64,000 bases of DNA from Fistulifera solaris (GCA_030295235.1 AP026137.1:62001-126000); one strand, 5' to 3'. Counted from the stretch's first letter, positions 1-12,977 are shown. Numbers and translations are program-made. The notes: generated by a model not told the origin, from the sequence alone.

Positions 1-1486
1 ATCATGTCGGCGTGATGGGACATCAACAATTCCGTGTATCGAAAATTCGACGAAGCCCTTTCCGTCAAAGCCTTTACTACCAGAAACGAACGAGTTGCCG
101 TCTGCTTTGTTTTCACAAGCGAAGCTGATCCATTGTAAAAATCATTGAGCGCGTAGAGTTTATCGATGGTAGTTCCATTTGTGATTCTCGTTCCGAATTC
201 GTCCACAACGTTAATCTTTCGATTGCGCGACAACAGTTTCTCGAGCCAGATATACTGGAAATTGTTTTGCGGAAAGACACCTCTGCTTTTGTTGCTGATG
301 TCCACAACAAACGTTTGTAATGCGGTGTGCTCCTCCATTGCCTCTAGTATACTTCCCAAGTGGGCGACCCAATCGAAACACCTAGAATAACCACTCAAAT
401 CCAAGTACGTCAATTGCGAGTTGGTGCGAATCGCACGCACCAATGCTTCGGCTACCGGCGCCACCGAAGGAAACGAAAATATAAGCGAGCAGCTAAAGAC
501 AAAATTTAGTCTTTCGAAATGCCCTAATTCCGCCACCCGATCCCAAAACGCAATCAGTATTTCCTGCCAATCATCTAAATCTCCGTCGGCAAAAACTTTG
601 AACTTGAGATCTTTCGCCACGATATCGAGGTCATGAAAGTCCTCTGCTTCGATCTGTTCCAAATCGACTGCACAATCCACGGCATTCACCTTGGCGGAAA
701 GGAAATCAACAACAAAATCATCATCTGGCATGTGGACAAAAAGCGTGTCGAACATCCCCTCTAGTTCCAAAAGACGCTCCAAATTAGCGCTACTAAAAGG
801 CATTCCTGTAATACCCAGCGATCCGAAAGGAGATTGTCGTTTCTCAAGTGTGTCCACGAAAGCCTTTCCCTTGTCTTTGAAACCAAAGTCACCCTTTCTC
901 CTATGAATTAGTCTCAAATGGAAAGGATACGGTCGCGTTGCCAGAACCAGGGCCTGACTGGCACTCAAAATTCCTGTATTAAAGTGGAAGCGTCGCTGGG
1001 GGCTCGCATCTAAAATGCGAGCTAGTTTTATTGCTTTCAGAGAGGCAAACAGAAAGTTATTCTCGAAACCGTAAATTAGGAAATCCAAATAATCGACATG
1101 GCTTTCATCTGAATGCTGAAGAGACAGGAACCAAGTTGCCGTCTCGGCAATTGCTTTATCGGTTTTACCAAATATAGCAAACTTTAACTTGTCTTCGTGA
1201 CTAACTTCATCATCATCGTAAATGTTGAAACACAACCTGCGTTCATCATATTGCCCGTAAGCGGTCCGGCCTATACTAAGGATCGTTTCATTTGCACGCC
1301 AAACGGAAATATTGTCGTACGACTTCCATTCAACATCATCGAAATAAGCAGGCTCGCGCAAGAATCTGTGCAGCGAAAGGTTTCCGTAAAAGCGACCGAC
1401 AGAAAATCCTTTTGTTCGGCCGAAAATTCCTCGGGGGGAATGAGTTCGAAGAATGCGTCATCAACAGCTTTCTTCTCCTCCATCAT
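1..1486 (-). CDS. Expanded LRR-like family member, frameshifted; 3' end runs off the window
   Basis: Starts MMEEKKAVDDAFFELIPPEEFSAEQK. Family blocks are readable across frames down to NGTTIDKLYALNDFYNGS...LLMSHHADM at the window edge. Confidence 0.85.
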
Positions 1487-1628
1487 TCCCTGCTCCAGAA
1501 CTTCAAAGAAATAACGCAAGACGATAACAAACGAGAAAATTATCAGTTTCAATATCAGGAAGAGGGCAACCAAGAAAATGAAAATGCCGAGAAATAACGG
1601 AATCGATGGGGCGCACTGCAGCGAATGA

Positions 1629-2700
1629 GTGTGGTGTTTACACGTTCCCAGAAAATCTGGGTGATGGGTGTTATCACGTTCCCAGATAATCTGGGTGAGT
1701 GGTGTTTTCCCGTTCCCAGATAATCCGGGCGTGTTGTGTTTTCACGTTCCCAGAAAATCTGGGTGATGGGTGTTTTCGCATGTCCAGAAAATCTGGGAGA
1801 GTTGTGTTTTCACTTTCCCAGAAAATCTACAGCTGGTTGCATAGCGGCACTATTCATTCTCATGTAGCCCGGTACAAATTCTACACAGCGCCAAAAAAAT
1901 GATGAAGTCTTCTTTATTGTTAAATATTTATTCCTAATTTTCCTGAAATGCGGATGCTTTTTCGACATTTGACTGAATTTTCCACTGGTTTTTCTCTTTT
2001 GGCACAAATATTTTTTTCTTTCTTTCAGAAACTCCGATTTCTGAATCACTGTACCACAATTAATTTCCATTACCGTTTAATTTATCGTATAAAAATCCCA
2101 TGTTAGATATCTTTTGTGCAAAACGAGATCAGGCACGATATTAATATGACTAAATTCAGATTTTCAAGAGGAATGATATTGGTAATTATCGTGCCTGACT
2201 TGGCTTTTTTGACGAACCTCTGACATTTTTTCTACACAAGTCCGCGGAACTGCTTTGTCGAAGACGATAATGACTTATATTTTTCCTCTTAATTTGTTTT
2301 ATTTAACCATATAATTATCGTTTTTCATTGATCTAATTTAGAATGAAAAAATATCATGAAAAGTTTTTGCCGCAAAGACGCGATATTTTCTAGTGAGTGT
2401 AGAAAGTGTACCAAACCGACGTGGGTCAGTGACTCCAAACAAACAGCTGTACAGTAGGATTGTTGTGTTTTCACATTCCCAGAACCCAGAAATTCTGGGA
2501 GTGTGGTGTTTTCACGTTCCCAGAAAAACTGGGAGTGTGGTGTTTTCACGTTCCCAGAAAAACTGGGTGAATGGTGTTTTCACGTTCCCAGAAAATCTGA
2601 GCGATTGTTGTTTTCACTTTCCCAGAAAATCTGGGTTAGTGGTGTTTTCACCTTCCTAGAAAATCTGAGCGATCGTTGTCTTCACGTCACCAGAAAATTC
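1629..2700 (+). repeat. 34-bp hairpin tandem array (6 + 7 units), split by a MITE
   Basis: Unit ~GTGTTTTCACGTTCCCAGAAAATCTGGGTGATGG. The TTCCCAGA core (or a variant) recurs at 1645, 1679, 1713, 1747, 1781, 1815 and at 2476, 2517, 2551, 2585, 2619, 2653, 2687. CCCAGA-AAA-TCTGGG is an internal inverted repeat. Confidence 0.95.
1830..2449. mobile_element. Non-autonomous Tc1/mariner-type MITE (620 bp, TA target duplication)
   Basis: TA at 1828-1829 and 2450-2451. Ends CAGCTGGTTG... and ...CAAACAGCTG, with a subterminal GGTACAxxTTCTACAC motif mirrored at both ends. AT-rich non-coding interior. Confidence 0.7.
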
Positions 2701-2735
2701 ATCGCGTGTGTGCAAAGGAGTATAGACCCTAATTA

Positions 2736-4373
2736 CTAGAGTTTTGTAGAAGTTCGGGATGCTTTTGTTGCAACAAGTGACAACTGAGTTGTACCCTTGC
2801 GTTTCAAAGAGCCACCGCTTTCTGCAACAGCACCCGACAAAGTTTCCTCCATCGATGATTCAATAGAAGCAACAATATGATTCAAATTTAAACTGTGAAT
2901 GAACTCACATAACGTGTCGGTATGATTTGAGAGCAGAAGTGCTGCCTGTGGAAGATTCCCCTTAGCTTGATTCACTAACGCCTCCGCCACCAGCAAAGGT
3001 CTCAATGATACCGATTCTGCACGAAGTGATGCCAATCCATTGTAAATGGCATTGAGTCGATACAGTTTGTCGATGATAGGCCCATTTGAACACTTTCTGT
3101 CACAAAGATCAATAACAGTGATCTGTCGATTGCGTGAAAGCAAACTTTGTAGCCAAGAATATTTTCGGTCCTCGAGAAACGGATAGAAACGCAAAACAAA
3201 TGTCCGTAGTCCTTTGTGTTCCTCCATGGCCTTGAACACATCCTGCATATGCGGATCCCAATCGTAACGATCTTCAGTATCCTTCAAGTTCAAGTACTGT
3301 AAATTGGGATTGCTTTGGATTGCCCGGATCAATGCATCCGCAACACGGGCCATCTTGTCGATTGACATGCGTTCGGGGCGATGGTTCCAGTGATCAACGG
3401 ATAACGTCAGCTTTTCAAAGTGCCCCAGATCCGCAATACGGTTCAAAAGCGAAATCAAAGGCGCATCCCAGCTCCATGCAGGGAAGTCATCCAAATAAAA
3501 TTCTAATGTGAGATCTTTTGCCGGAATATTAAGGGAATCAAAGGCGTTCGGTTGAATATGCTCAAAATCGATGCAGTAGTCGAGCGCATTCACCTTGGCC
3601 GAGAGCGGAAGAAGAACCAAGTCTTCCTCCAGATAATTGAGTTTTAGCTTTTGAAGTACATCAAGATTCAGAAGACGCTCCAAATTCGAGCGAGTAAAGT
3701 GTATATCATCTTTGTGACAGTTAATACAAAGCGAGCCGAAGGATGATCGTCGTTTCTCCAACGCATCGACAAAAGCTGTTCCGTCATCTTCGAAACGAAA
3801 ATGCTTCATTGGAAGCTCCCAATCTAACGGATAAGGCCGTGTTGCTAGAATAACCGACTGCTCAGCGTTAAATATGCCATCCGCAAAATGGACCTTCCTA
3901 GACGGATTTGCATCCAATATCTGAGCGAGCTGCTCGGGTTGAATGGCCCTCAAGTCGAATTTATCTACATGCCGAATACTGATTTCGAAACACGTGTACT
4001 CTTCGGGATGTTTCAGTGCCATGAAAAACGTGAGAGTCTCTGCAATGGCTGCTTCTTTCCTGCCGGATATTCTGACGAATAGTTTCGTTTTTTTCGCGGT
4101 AGTCTTCATCGCAAAATTTATTTCTTTTTGAAAGAAAATTGTGGTATCATAATGACACACCGAAATGACAGTGCCGTTCTCGCGCCAAATATCAAACTGC
4201 GGATACTGTTCAAGATCGATCTCCTCCGACTGGCCGGGCTCTCGTCGAAATCGGTAGATCGGCACATTCTTCAAATATTCCGGTCGAAAATAATACGGCT
4301 TGTGCTTCGACACCATTTGATCTTTTGTAATGAGTTCCAAAAGTGAATCACCGTCTTCTACTTGCTCCATCAT
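2736..4373 (-). CDS. Expanded LRR-like family member, intact 545 aa
   Basis: Single uninterrupted ORF with all family blocks and the basic tail LKRKGTTQLSLVATKASR. Confidence 0.95.
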   Translation of the reverse strand: MMEQVEDGDSLLELITKDQMVSKHKPYYFRPEYLKNVPIYRFRREPGQSEEIDLEQYPQFDIWRENGTVISVCHYDTTIFFQKEINFAMKTTAKKTKLFVRISGRKEAAIAETLTFFMALKHPEEYTCFEISIRHVDKFDLRAIQPEQLAQILDANPSRKVHFADGIFNAEQSVILATRPYPLDWELPMKHFRFEDDGTAFVDALEKRRSSFGSLCINCHKDDIHFTRSNLERLLNLDVLQKLKLNYLEEDLVLLPLSAKVNALDYCIDFEHIQPNAFDSLNIPAKDLTLEFYLDDFPAWSWDAPLISLLNRIADLGHFEKLTLSVDHWNHRPERMSIDKMARVADALIRAIQSNPNLQYLNLKDTEDRYDWDPHMQDVFKAMEEHKGLRTFVLRFYPFLEDRKYSWLQSLLSRNRQITVIDLCDRKCSNGPIIDKLYRLNAIYNGLASLRAESVSLRPLLVAEALVNQAKGNLPQAALLLSNHTDTLCEFIHSLNLNHIVASIESSMEETLSGAVAESGGSLKRKGTTQLSLVATKASRTSTKL

Positions 4374-4823
4374 TAATCAATAAGAAAGAGAACGCTTAAG
4401 AATGCAGCAAGTCGGACGAGAAAGGGATGCGAAGGCGAATAATGGAAGGAGCAACAATAAAAATTTTGAGGCGCAAAAATATTGCCCGCGCCGATAATGA
4501 CGCGAGCGTCACGCGTCACAGGAGACAGGAGTAATAAGTAGAAACCCTTACTCCTATGCGCGCGCCAACAACGTGTAAGTACGTAGTAATGTTTCTACTA
4601 CGTAGTACAAAGAAGAAGTCCGTTGGAAGTACCGGTTGGCACAGGCAAATTTAAGCATAAAACCGCTTCTAACCTAAGTATCCATGATGTTGGCTTTCGC
4701 GGGTGATCCGCCATCGAGATCGTCGTCCATGAACAATTTTTTATTAAAACCCTTCATGTAAGCTTCTAACTCTGATCATGCAGTTTACACAGATGATCAC
4801 CGTTTAAGAACTACCAGTACTAG

Positions 4824-5340
4824 CTACTCCAATTGAGCTACTTTCGTTGCAGGACATGATTCTGAAACGATTTGTGTTCGCTTCAAAGCATACCTTTCGT
4901 GAGGAATTTCCGACCTTGATGAGCTGGTGTATTCAATCGCTGCGTCGGTAGCAGCATCAATCAATTCAAGATCTAGAACACTAACGAGCTCACACAACAT
5001 GTCGGTGTGAAAGGACGTCAACTGAGCCGTATACTTAAAGTCAGAGGAAGCGCCGTTGCCACCAGTAACGGCCTCAGAGTTGCAGACTCTTGTACACGTC
5101 TTGTCGTTCGGTTGTAAATGTAGTTCTGCAGATGTCTATGGTTGTCCAAATGGTGATTCTCGTGACCCCTTGTCCAATACGACGAGGTTGCGTTTGCGTG
5201 AAAGAAGCCGCTCGAGCCAGAAGTAGTTTGGATCCTTCTGAGGCGGGTAGGAGTTCACAAATAAGAGTTTGCAGCCCTGGATGTTCCTCTATCCCTTGCA
5301 AAACGACTCGCAGGTTGGTGTGCCAATGAATGTGAAAGAG
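4824..5340 (-). pseudogene. Degraded C-terminal remnant of the family
   Basis: EEHPGLQTL, WLERLLSR and FHTDMLCELV motifs in broken frames; the 5' two thirds are absent. Confidence 0.75.
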
Positions 5341-6340
5341 ATGCGTGTCAACAGTACAGTATACCCTGATAAAAGAATAGATGTTTTGGCAAAAGCGCGT
5401 GGCGATGTTTGGCGCGCATAAGAGTACGGTCAACGCTATAGTCAGAATAAACTATACGATGGCTTAGTACGAATTGTTACCAAGCGGTACTCGCGGCTGC
5501 CTAAACCAACATAAAGCATCAAAGCAAATTCTCACTATGGGATAGCTTTGTTGTTCTGTTACCAGTACCGAGTGGCACTCACGACTTCAAACAAGGATAG
5601 AGCATCCGAGTAAAATGTCACTATGGGATAATAAGAAAAATGAAGATGAGTCACGGGACACGTTGTGTCACGATTCACGATGTATCTTGCACTTATTATT
5701 GCATCGCATCATGTAGTTTCATTTGTGCGTTTCATCGCTTTTCATTGCCTAAAAGCGCATAGGATAGAATATATAAAATAACCTTCACGCGCTAATGAAT
5801 GCCAAGAGTCGTGTCGCCAAGGAATTGCAGAAACGACAAATAAATGGAACCTAGTCTAGTTGGCACGTTTGGTTGAACAAGCGCTCGCTTGTCGTCGTCA
5901 TCGTAAGACGTCGACATCATCGCTGCTGAAGAAATGCCGGCAGCGAAGATGATGAATAAATTGGGCTGCCATCGAAAAATCACAGAAAAAGCCTGTCAGG
6001 CCATAACGCCGATGGAGGAACTGGTACCTGGTATTGCTTGCCGTGTCGCTTTCTTTTGCGGGCGGGTTATATCCAAGTTCCGAAGACTGTGTGTATGCGT
6101 CAACGAGGTTCAAACGGGGCTCATTTCTTGACGGAACAAGATTGGAATCCAAACGATTGCAACGTTGTATTCCCCACAGCAAATAGACGTAACGAGTAAG
6201 TGGCTATGAAGAGAAGCACTGTGTGGCTGTGCTTGTTTCAAGGAGGGCGCGAAACGTCGTACAGGCACGACTCGTCGTGACGGAACTTCCGCCATTGCAG
6301 TTGCTTGCCTGACGTCTTGTTTTTCGTTCTCCGCAGTTTC

Positions 6341-7001
6341 ATGCAGATCTTCTCCGCAACAACACTAGTTTATGCTGTATTTCTTTTGGCAATCATCCTT
6401 GCAGCCTTTGCTCAACTCGAAGATCAGGAGCCCTGTACGACAAGTTCGGAATGCGTATCTAATTGTTGCACTGAGTTCTACACCGAGGGGATACGGAAGT
6501 GCACCAATCTTAACTATGATCTCATCGACCCCTCTGACCAAGGGTGCGTCGAAGACATCAGTCCCCGCTCCAACGAAACAATCATGTGGAACTGTTACGA
6601 AAAAGATACAATGCGTTTTATTGGAGGTATGTTGTATCCGGATTTCAGTGATGCCAGCGATGCTTGTAATTATTTGTATTATGAATGTATTGCCGTCGGT
6701 TGTTGTCGCGCGGAAAAGGTTGGTTTGCAGCTGAATAATGCGGAGACAACTGGTCCTCCCACTCCTCCTCCCGCATCGTCCGCATCTCCGCCCCCATCTC
6801 CTTCCGAGTCACCGAAAGTCGCCCTTCGCACGCCCCCCGCCTGCTGTTTATAACGGCGATACCACCGAACAAAAGGATGATCCAAATTACGCTGTGATTA
6901 TTGTTGCGTTTTTGGGAGCACTGGGAGGAATTGTAATATCCATTACAATTTTTCAAATTGAGACTTGCAACGTACATTTTAATTTCCGACGTACGCAGTG
7001 A
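6341..7001 (+). CDS. Small Cys-rich type I membrane protein (one frameshift near 6830)
   Basis: Signal peptide MQIFSATTLVYAVFLLAIILAAFA, then CTTSSECVSNCC and a second Cys cluster, a Pro/Ser stalk, and the TM YAVIIVAFLGALGGIVISITIF in the overlapping frame 6738-7001. Confidence 0.7.
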
Positions 7002-7131
7002 AAGAGGAAAAAAGATAAACCTCCTTGTGTTGGTTTTGGCCTGACGCAAGTTTTGCTGTTGAATCGAGTGTTCACCCACCACAAGTCGGGCCCACGAAGA
7101 TCGATAATATGTTATAGATTATAAAATAGTC

Positions 7132-8760
7132 TCAAACAAGAGATTTGGCCGCTTTCTTTACAGCGTGCGACGGCTGACTCCTCATTTTCCGTTTCGATGG
7201 ACTTCTATTTATTTTCTCCGTTCCACTTGCGATAGCAGCAGCGTTGTCGTCGTTCAAGCGACCAACAAACTCACACAATACGTCAATGTGATCGGAAAGC
7301 AAGATCGCTGTACAAGGAAAGCGCATCGAAGCCTTTTCGACTAACGCCATTCCTACGAGGCACGGTCGCACCGCAGTAGGCTCTTGGACGAGTTTCGGCG
7401 ATCCATGATACAACCGATTCAGCTGATAAATCGCATCAATGGTCGTGTGATTGGTGATGATGTGGCCGGTAATGTCCACAACCGTGATGTCTCGGTTGCG
7501 AGACAGCAACTGCTCGAGCGCGTCATACTCAAAGTCCTCGAAATGCCAGGCGTGGATCGCAAAAGTACGCAGTCCGCTGTGACGTTCGACGGCCTCGTAA
7601 ATATCTCGTGTGTGAGAAACTAAATCGATATAACGATCGAGCGAGCTTATATCCAAAACCGTCAACTGCGGATTGGCGTCGATGGCGTCAACGAGAGAAT
7701 CGGCAACCCGTGATAAGTCCACACTGTTCATATACCGCATGTCTTCTTCGTCCTCCCATTTCGAGCTCGCGCACAAATACAATCGTTCCAAATGACCCAA
7801 TTCCGCCACGCGGTCCAAGAATGCTTCCAGAGAATTAATCAAGTTGTCATCGTCCACTGACAAGGTGATGTCTTTTGCGAAAATTTCGAGAGAATCAAAA
7901 TCATCAGAATCCACATCCTTGGACTGGATGTTATAGTCCAGAATGTGTACCTTGGCCGAAAGGGGCATTAAGGCACATTCCTCGCCTACAGATCGGATGG
8001 CGAGCTTCTCCAAGACATCCAACTGTAAGAGGCGTTTTAGATTGTCACGACAAAACGGCATATCTTCGGCATCGCATTCGATCGCTAGTGAGCCAAACGA
8101 AGCTTGTCGCGTGGCGAGTGCATCCACAAAGACGGTTCTTCCGTCCTTTAAGGCGAAATAGCCATAGCTCGAGGAAAGGCGCAAATGATGGGCGCGTGTC
8201 GCCACAATCACAGATTGTTGCGTATTCCACGTTCCCGTCTGAAGCGATACAACTCGTTGCGATTCGCATCCAAGATCTGAGCCAGCTGCTCCGGCTGAAG
8301 TGCGAAAACATCAAATTAAAACTTTCCGTCCCCTATGGTATCGAAGGAATAAATTTCGAGACCGGCATTTTGATTGCGCCCGATGTGCTTGAGAGACCAG
8401 AAAAACGTCGCGGTTTCCGCAATGGCGGCATCGGTGGTACCGAAAATAGTGAACATGGTCTGCTCCGAGTGATGCTGGATATTCAGCAATGTAAAAGACA
8501 GTTTGCGCGCTCGAAATTGCGAACTCGACGCGTGACCCATGCAGATGAGCGTCCCATTTTCCCGCCAAATGATTTACCGAAAGAATACAATTCTTTGCCG
8601 ATCGCATCCAGATCTGTCGGTTCTTTTCGAAACCGGTGAAAGGAAGTATTGATTTTGTAGGTTTCTTTCTCGCGAAACGCCTGTTGCGCGGGTGAAAACT
8701 GTTGTCGAGAATGGGTTCGAGAAAGGGCGAATCATCGTCATTTTCGTTTCGTTTCTCCAT
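7132..8760 (-). CDS. Expanded LRR-like family member, several 5' frameshifts
   Basis: ORFs 8311-8760, 8316-8540 and 7132-8211 tile the family consensus. Tail SKRKMRSQPSHAVKKAAK. Confidence 0.85.
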
Positions 8761-9206
8761 TTCTTTCGTTTTCTTCTAACAACTTTCATCAGAATTTGAA
8801 ACTCGACTAATCAAAAAAGAATTCTTTGTCAGTAAATCGATTAAATGAAGCGGTGTCTACTTATTATGATTCGTTCAATGTCAATGAAAGAATGACAAAA
8901 TGCGACGGTGCTCAACAAGCAAAATAAAGTCGTTCGGACGACGACTCGCGACTCAAAAATCCAGTCAGAAGAGCTAAGCTTATTACACTACCTTACATAG
9001 ACCTACTTTAGTAAAAGAAAAAAATACTCCGTAACAAGATTTCATCTCAACGACACACCAATCAATACCAGTAGAGCTTGTTGTACTTTTTGTTACAAAA
9101 TGGAGGTAAGTTTATGAGAGAATGGCAGGAAGGTGGGTTGCAAGACCGACAAATCATATACAGCAACGTTTCAGGCTTTAAAGCTCTAGAAATATCCACC
9201 AGTGCC

Positions 9207-10916
9207 TTACGAATCTTTTTGACCTGAGGACTCATTTCGAGCTTTTTTCTTATCATCACGTGGCGGCTGTGCATGCCGTTTGCGTTTCGGTACATTCGTT
9301 ACAGCAGATTCTGGGTGATAAGGGACAACCGAGACTATTTTTTCCGCTTCGATTGTCGCTGCATCATCATCATTGCGAATGAAGTCATCCAGAAACTGGC
9401 ACAGAGTGTCGACATGATTCGATACTAGAAGTGCCGTGTACTGAGCGTTGTGTAAGCCACTCTCTAGCAAAGCCGACGCCACTAATACAGGTCGCCAATC
9501 GTACGACTCTTTGACTAGCTTCGTCAACCCACAATTAAATCGATTGAGCGCATAGATTCTGTCGATGGTGGTACCATTGGTTATCTTCTCGCCTTTTTGA
9601 TCAAGTACGGAAATATTTCGATATTTCGTGAAAGCAATTTTTCCAAGGCGGAGTAATCCATTAGCGAATAATCCGGCACCACTATATCATCATCGAACCA
9701 ATCGTAATATTCGTCGCCATTGATGGTCACTAGACGAAACGTACGGAGTTCTTTGCGTTCTTCCAAGGCCTCACAAATAGCTGGTAAATGGCGAACTATA
9801 TCTACCCAGTCCAATTCGAAAGTCAAATGTGTCAGTTTCGGATTAGCCTTGATGAAATGGATCAAGGCGTTAGCAATAGGAGCTGTAACCTCGACTGCGG
9901 AGAACTCTTCATGATTTGCATTTGAATGCAAAGCCAATACAAAAGTGAACTTTGTAAAATGACCTAAAGTAGCCGTGCGATTCAGCACTGCGATCAAAAC
10001 TGATCGCAGGCTTCCCAAACTTCCGATGAGGCATAGACACTGAGATTTTTTGCCGGAATCGCAAGAGAACGGAAATCGTCAGGTCGCACATCATCTGCAT
10101 CGAAGCTGACTTCGAGAGAGTTCACTTTGGCAGAGAATGGAAGAAGAACTTGCGTCTCGTCCAGATTTCTTATGACAAGCTTGTCAAACACTTCAAGTGC
10201 AAGAAGCTGTTTCATATTTTCTTGACTAAATACTGAGTCTGTAATGGTCTCAATGCATAGATGCCAAACAGAGACTTCCGCTTCGCAAGTGCTTCGACGA
10301 ACGCTGTTCCATTATCTACAAAGTTGAAGTCGCCAATTTTCCTGCCAAATGTCAATCGAAGCGGATAGGATCGCGTTGCCAAGACAACGGCTTGCTGCAC
10401 AGTCCATGTTCCTTCATCGATAGTAATCATGCGTTGCGGATTTGCATCCAAGATTCGAGCGAGCTGTTCCGGTTGGAGTGCAGCAAAGTCAAAACTGGGA
10501 ACACCGTCGAACCGGCAATAACCGATCTCGAGACCGGCCTTCTTGCGGCCCTTGAAATGCGGGAGAGACCAAAACCAAGTTGCTGTTTCAGCAATTGCGG
10601 CGTCTGATGTACCATAAATGGCAAATTGCCATTTCTTCTTGTGCTTTCCGACATCATAGAGAGCAAAGAATAGCTTTCGCTCTTGATAAAGCATATCCGC
10701 AGACGCTGACGCAAATTATCGTCCCATTTTCCCGCCAAATCGACATGCAGTGACGAATTTCTGGAGAAAGTTCATCGAGAGCACTCGGTTCTCGTACAAG
10801 TTTGTAAATCGGTATCCCGAATCCGTGCGTTTCTTTCTCGCGAAATGCCCTCTGCTCGTTCGAGAGTCGTTCCTTCGGAATGAGTTCGAGAAATTTTCTT
10901 GTTTGATTTCTTCCAT
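9207..10916 (-). CDS. Expanded LRR-like family member, multiply frameshifted; close paralog of 19956-21627
   Basis: ORFs 10654-10929, 10212-10694, 9994-10215, 9581-10018 and 9207-9527 tile the consensus. Confidence 0.85.
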
Positions 10917-11620
10917 TTTGCGATCCCAAACGTTAATTGAACCTTTCTTTCGCGATTTGTTGCTCTCGGCAACTAAACGACGCTTATTAAGGCTCCAACG
11001 CTATTCAAATGGTCGAGATCAGGTCAACATTGCTTGCAATAACAGCAGCGAGACGCCGCCTCGCATGTATTATTGCGTCTCGTCAACCTCCGGGTTCTGT
11101 CATCAAGCACAGCTTAAAAGTCACTATGGGTCAAATAGTAGATTACTTTTTTTGAAGACTAAATTTCTCAGTAAAAAAAATGGCTAGAATTTACTATGCT
11201 TACGTCCTATCCCTACAAGAGAACCGAATCCCTAATCGCGTTGGAGAAACACAACTGACCTAATGGACAATGGATTCATGAATTGGATCTTTCTTTGTTT
11301 GCAAAACGTCGTCTTTCTCGCCCTAGTCCTTCTATATCCCAAAGGAATTTTTCTGTGGGCTCAGAACCAGTTTTTGCCCTTAATTCGACTCCCGAGTCGA
11401 ATTAATTTTTGTGTAGGATCCAGTAGGTTTTATACGTGTGCGACATGTTCTTCACCCGTACATTTCACAGTAACGACAGCCAGACTTTCTGATTTTGCCC
11501 TAAATGCGGGTGGAATCAAATGTCGCAGACGTAGAAAACCTACCGGATGTCTACACAAAAATTATTCGACTTTAAAGTCGAATTAAAAATTAACCTCGAC
11601 TTTAAAGTAGGGTTACGATT

Positions 11621-12645
11621 CCGGAGGATGCGGGAAAAAGGACAACTGCGAAAATTGTCGAAAAAACAAATTATTCCTATTTCAATAGATATCAAAAACA
11701 AAAAATCAGAGAGGTCGCGATTCGCGATGTGTTGCGATAAAAAGATGAAAAAGGTAAAAAAACGACAATGAAAGCTGTAACTGTATGTTAAAGTGTATTA
11801 TGTATTTTGAACTCAATAAAGAGGGGCAGTAATCGAGTGTTAAGTGCGAACTTGCTTCTCCTACTAATTGCACAAAAGTACTTATACTCTTTTATTACAT
11901 TTATTGCTTTATATTTATAGTACTGTATTTATATGCCCAATGTCGGTACAGTAAAAAGGTAGTTTGCCCTTAAAACAATTACTTAGTGAATTTTAGTACC
12001 GGTTTGATTTTGTACTTTGGTTTGGTTGAGTTTGGTTGGGTTTGGTTGGTTTGGTTTGGTTTGGTTTCGGTTGGTTTCGATTGGTTTCGGTTGGATTTTC
12101 AGTAGTAAATCAGAAACAAGAAAATCCTGGTACGAAAATCATGTAGCTTCTACATGAGTGCCGGTTTGAAGTTGAGTACCGGTTTGGATTGGTTTGGTTT
12201 GGATTGGTTCGGTTTGGTTTGGTTGGGTTTGGTTTGCTTTGTTAAGCCAACCAGCCAACCGGTACTAACGTTCCCTAAACGCGAAAATAGAAATAAGACA
12301 AAATGCTATGGGCTTATATCACAAATATTTAAATGACATTTGGAACGCAGTAATGAATAAAGTCATTTACAAAGAATGATACATAATACCTAATAATTTT
12401 TTAAGCAGATCCCTTGACTGTACTGGTATTCAACATTTAAAATAAACACAACGTGAAACGTGACGGTACCCTTGTATTTCATTGTAGGCACTACGGTAGT
12501 CCTTTCCTAACAAACAAAGATTATTGCCCCCTTTTTTATCCATTTTCGTTTCCCAACTTTCTTTCTTGTTGTCATTTTCTTATTTTTCCCTTACAAGCCT
12601 AGTTTTTCGCATTTGGCTAAATCTTCAATTTCCCGCATCCTCCTG
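11621..12645. mobile_element. Putative non-autonomous TIR element (~1 kb) with a nested foldback
   Basis: GGAGGATGCGGGAAA at 11623-11637 and its exact reverse complement at 12629-12643. AT-rich interior; target duplication not clear. Confidence 0.6.
11993..12268. mobile_element. Small nested TIR element filled with (GGTTT)n-like repeats
   Basis: TTAGTACCGGTT at 11993-12004 and AACCGGTACTAA at 12257-12268; two degenerate TTTGG tracts inside. Confidence 0.55.
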
Positions 12646-12977
12646 TTGGGATATTGATGAAAATTCACATTGTTTGAGCTAATCAACATTCATCGATCTT
12701 AGCGAATGGTCCCAGTTGCGGTGCACGACGCGAAAAATTTAGAGCTAAGAAATTTCCAGTTTACTATATATACATCAAAAGTGTAGTACGGTTTATGCAC
12801 GACTTGGTATTCAGTCATGAATGGAGTTCGCAATATAAGTTTTTTTCTTTTCTTTCGACAAATAATCTCGACGATGATGAATATGATAGATTGTATATTT
12901 CATGAACATCACTCAGTCTCTCTATTATCTTTCTTTCCGCAATACCAAGTAGATAACTGATAGCAATCGCAGTGAAA

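Noticed and set aside
1629..2700. CRISPR array (34-bp palindromic repeats)
   Set aside because: Units are contiguous with only a few variable bases, there are no unique spacers or cas genes, and the context is eukaryotic.
2736..4373. Calling the family NLRs or transposases
   Set aside because: No Walker A/NACHT/NB-ARC motif, no DDE or RT motif, and no shared terminal repeats around the copies.
5792..6295. Short minus-strand ORFs
   Set aside because: Fragmentary with no motif support; may be a decayed gene but cannot be supported.
7875..8639. Long opposite-strand ORFs (also 25934-26545, 56878-57525 and others)
   Set aside because: They are antisense shadows of family genes with no independent protein features.
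12001..12240. Telomeric repeat
   Set aside because: The tracts are irregular GGTTT pentamers, not TTAGGG, and are enclosed by inverted repeats.
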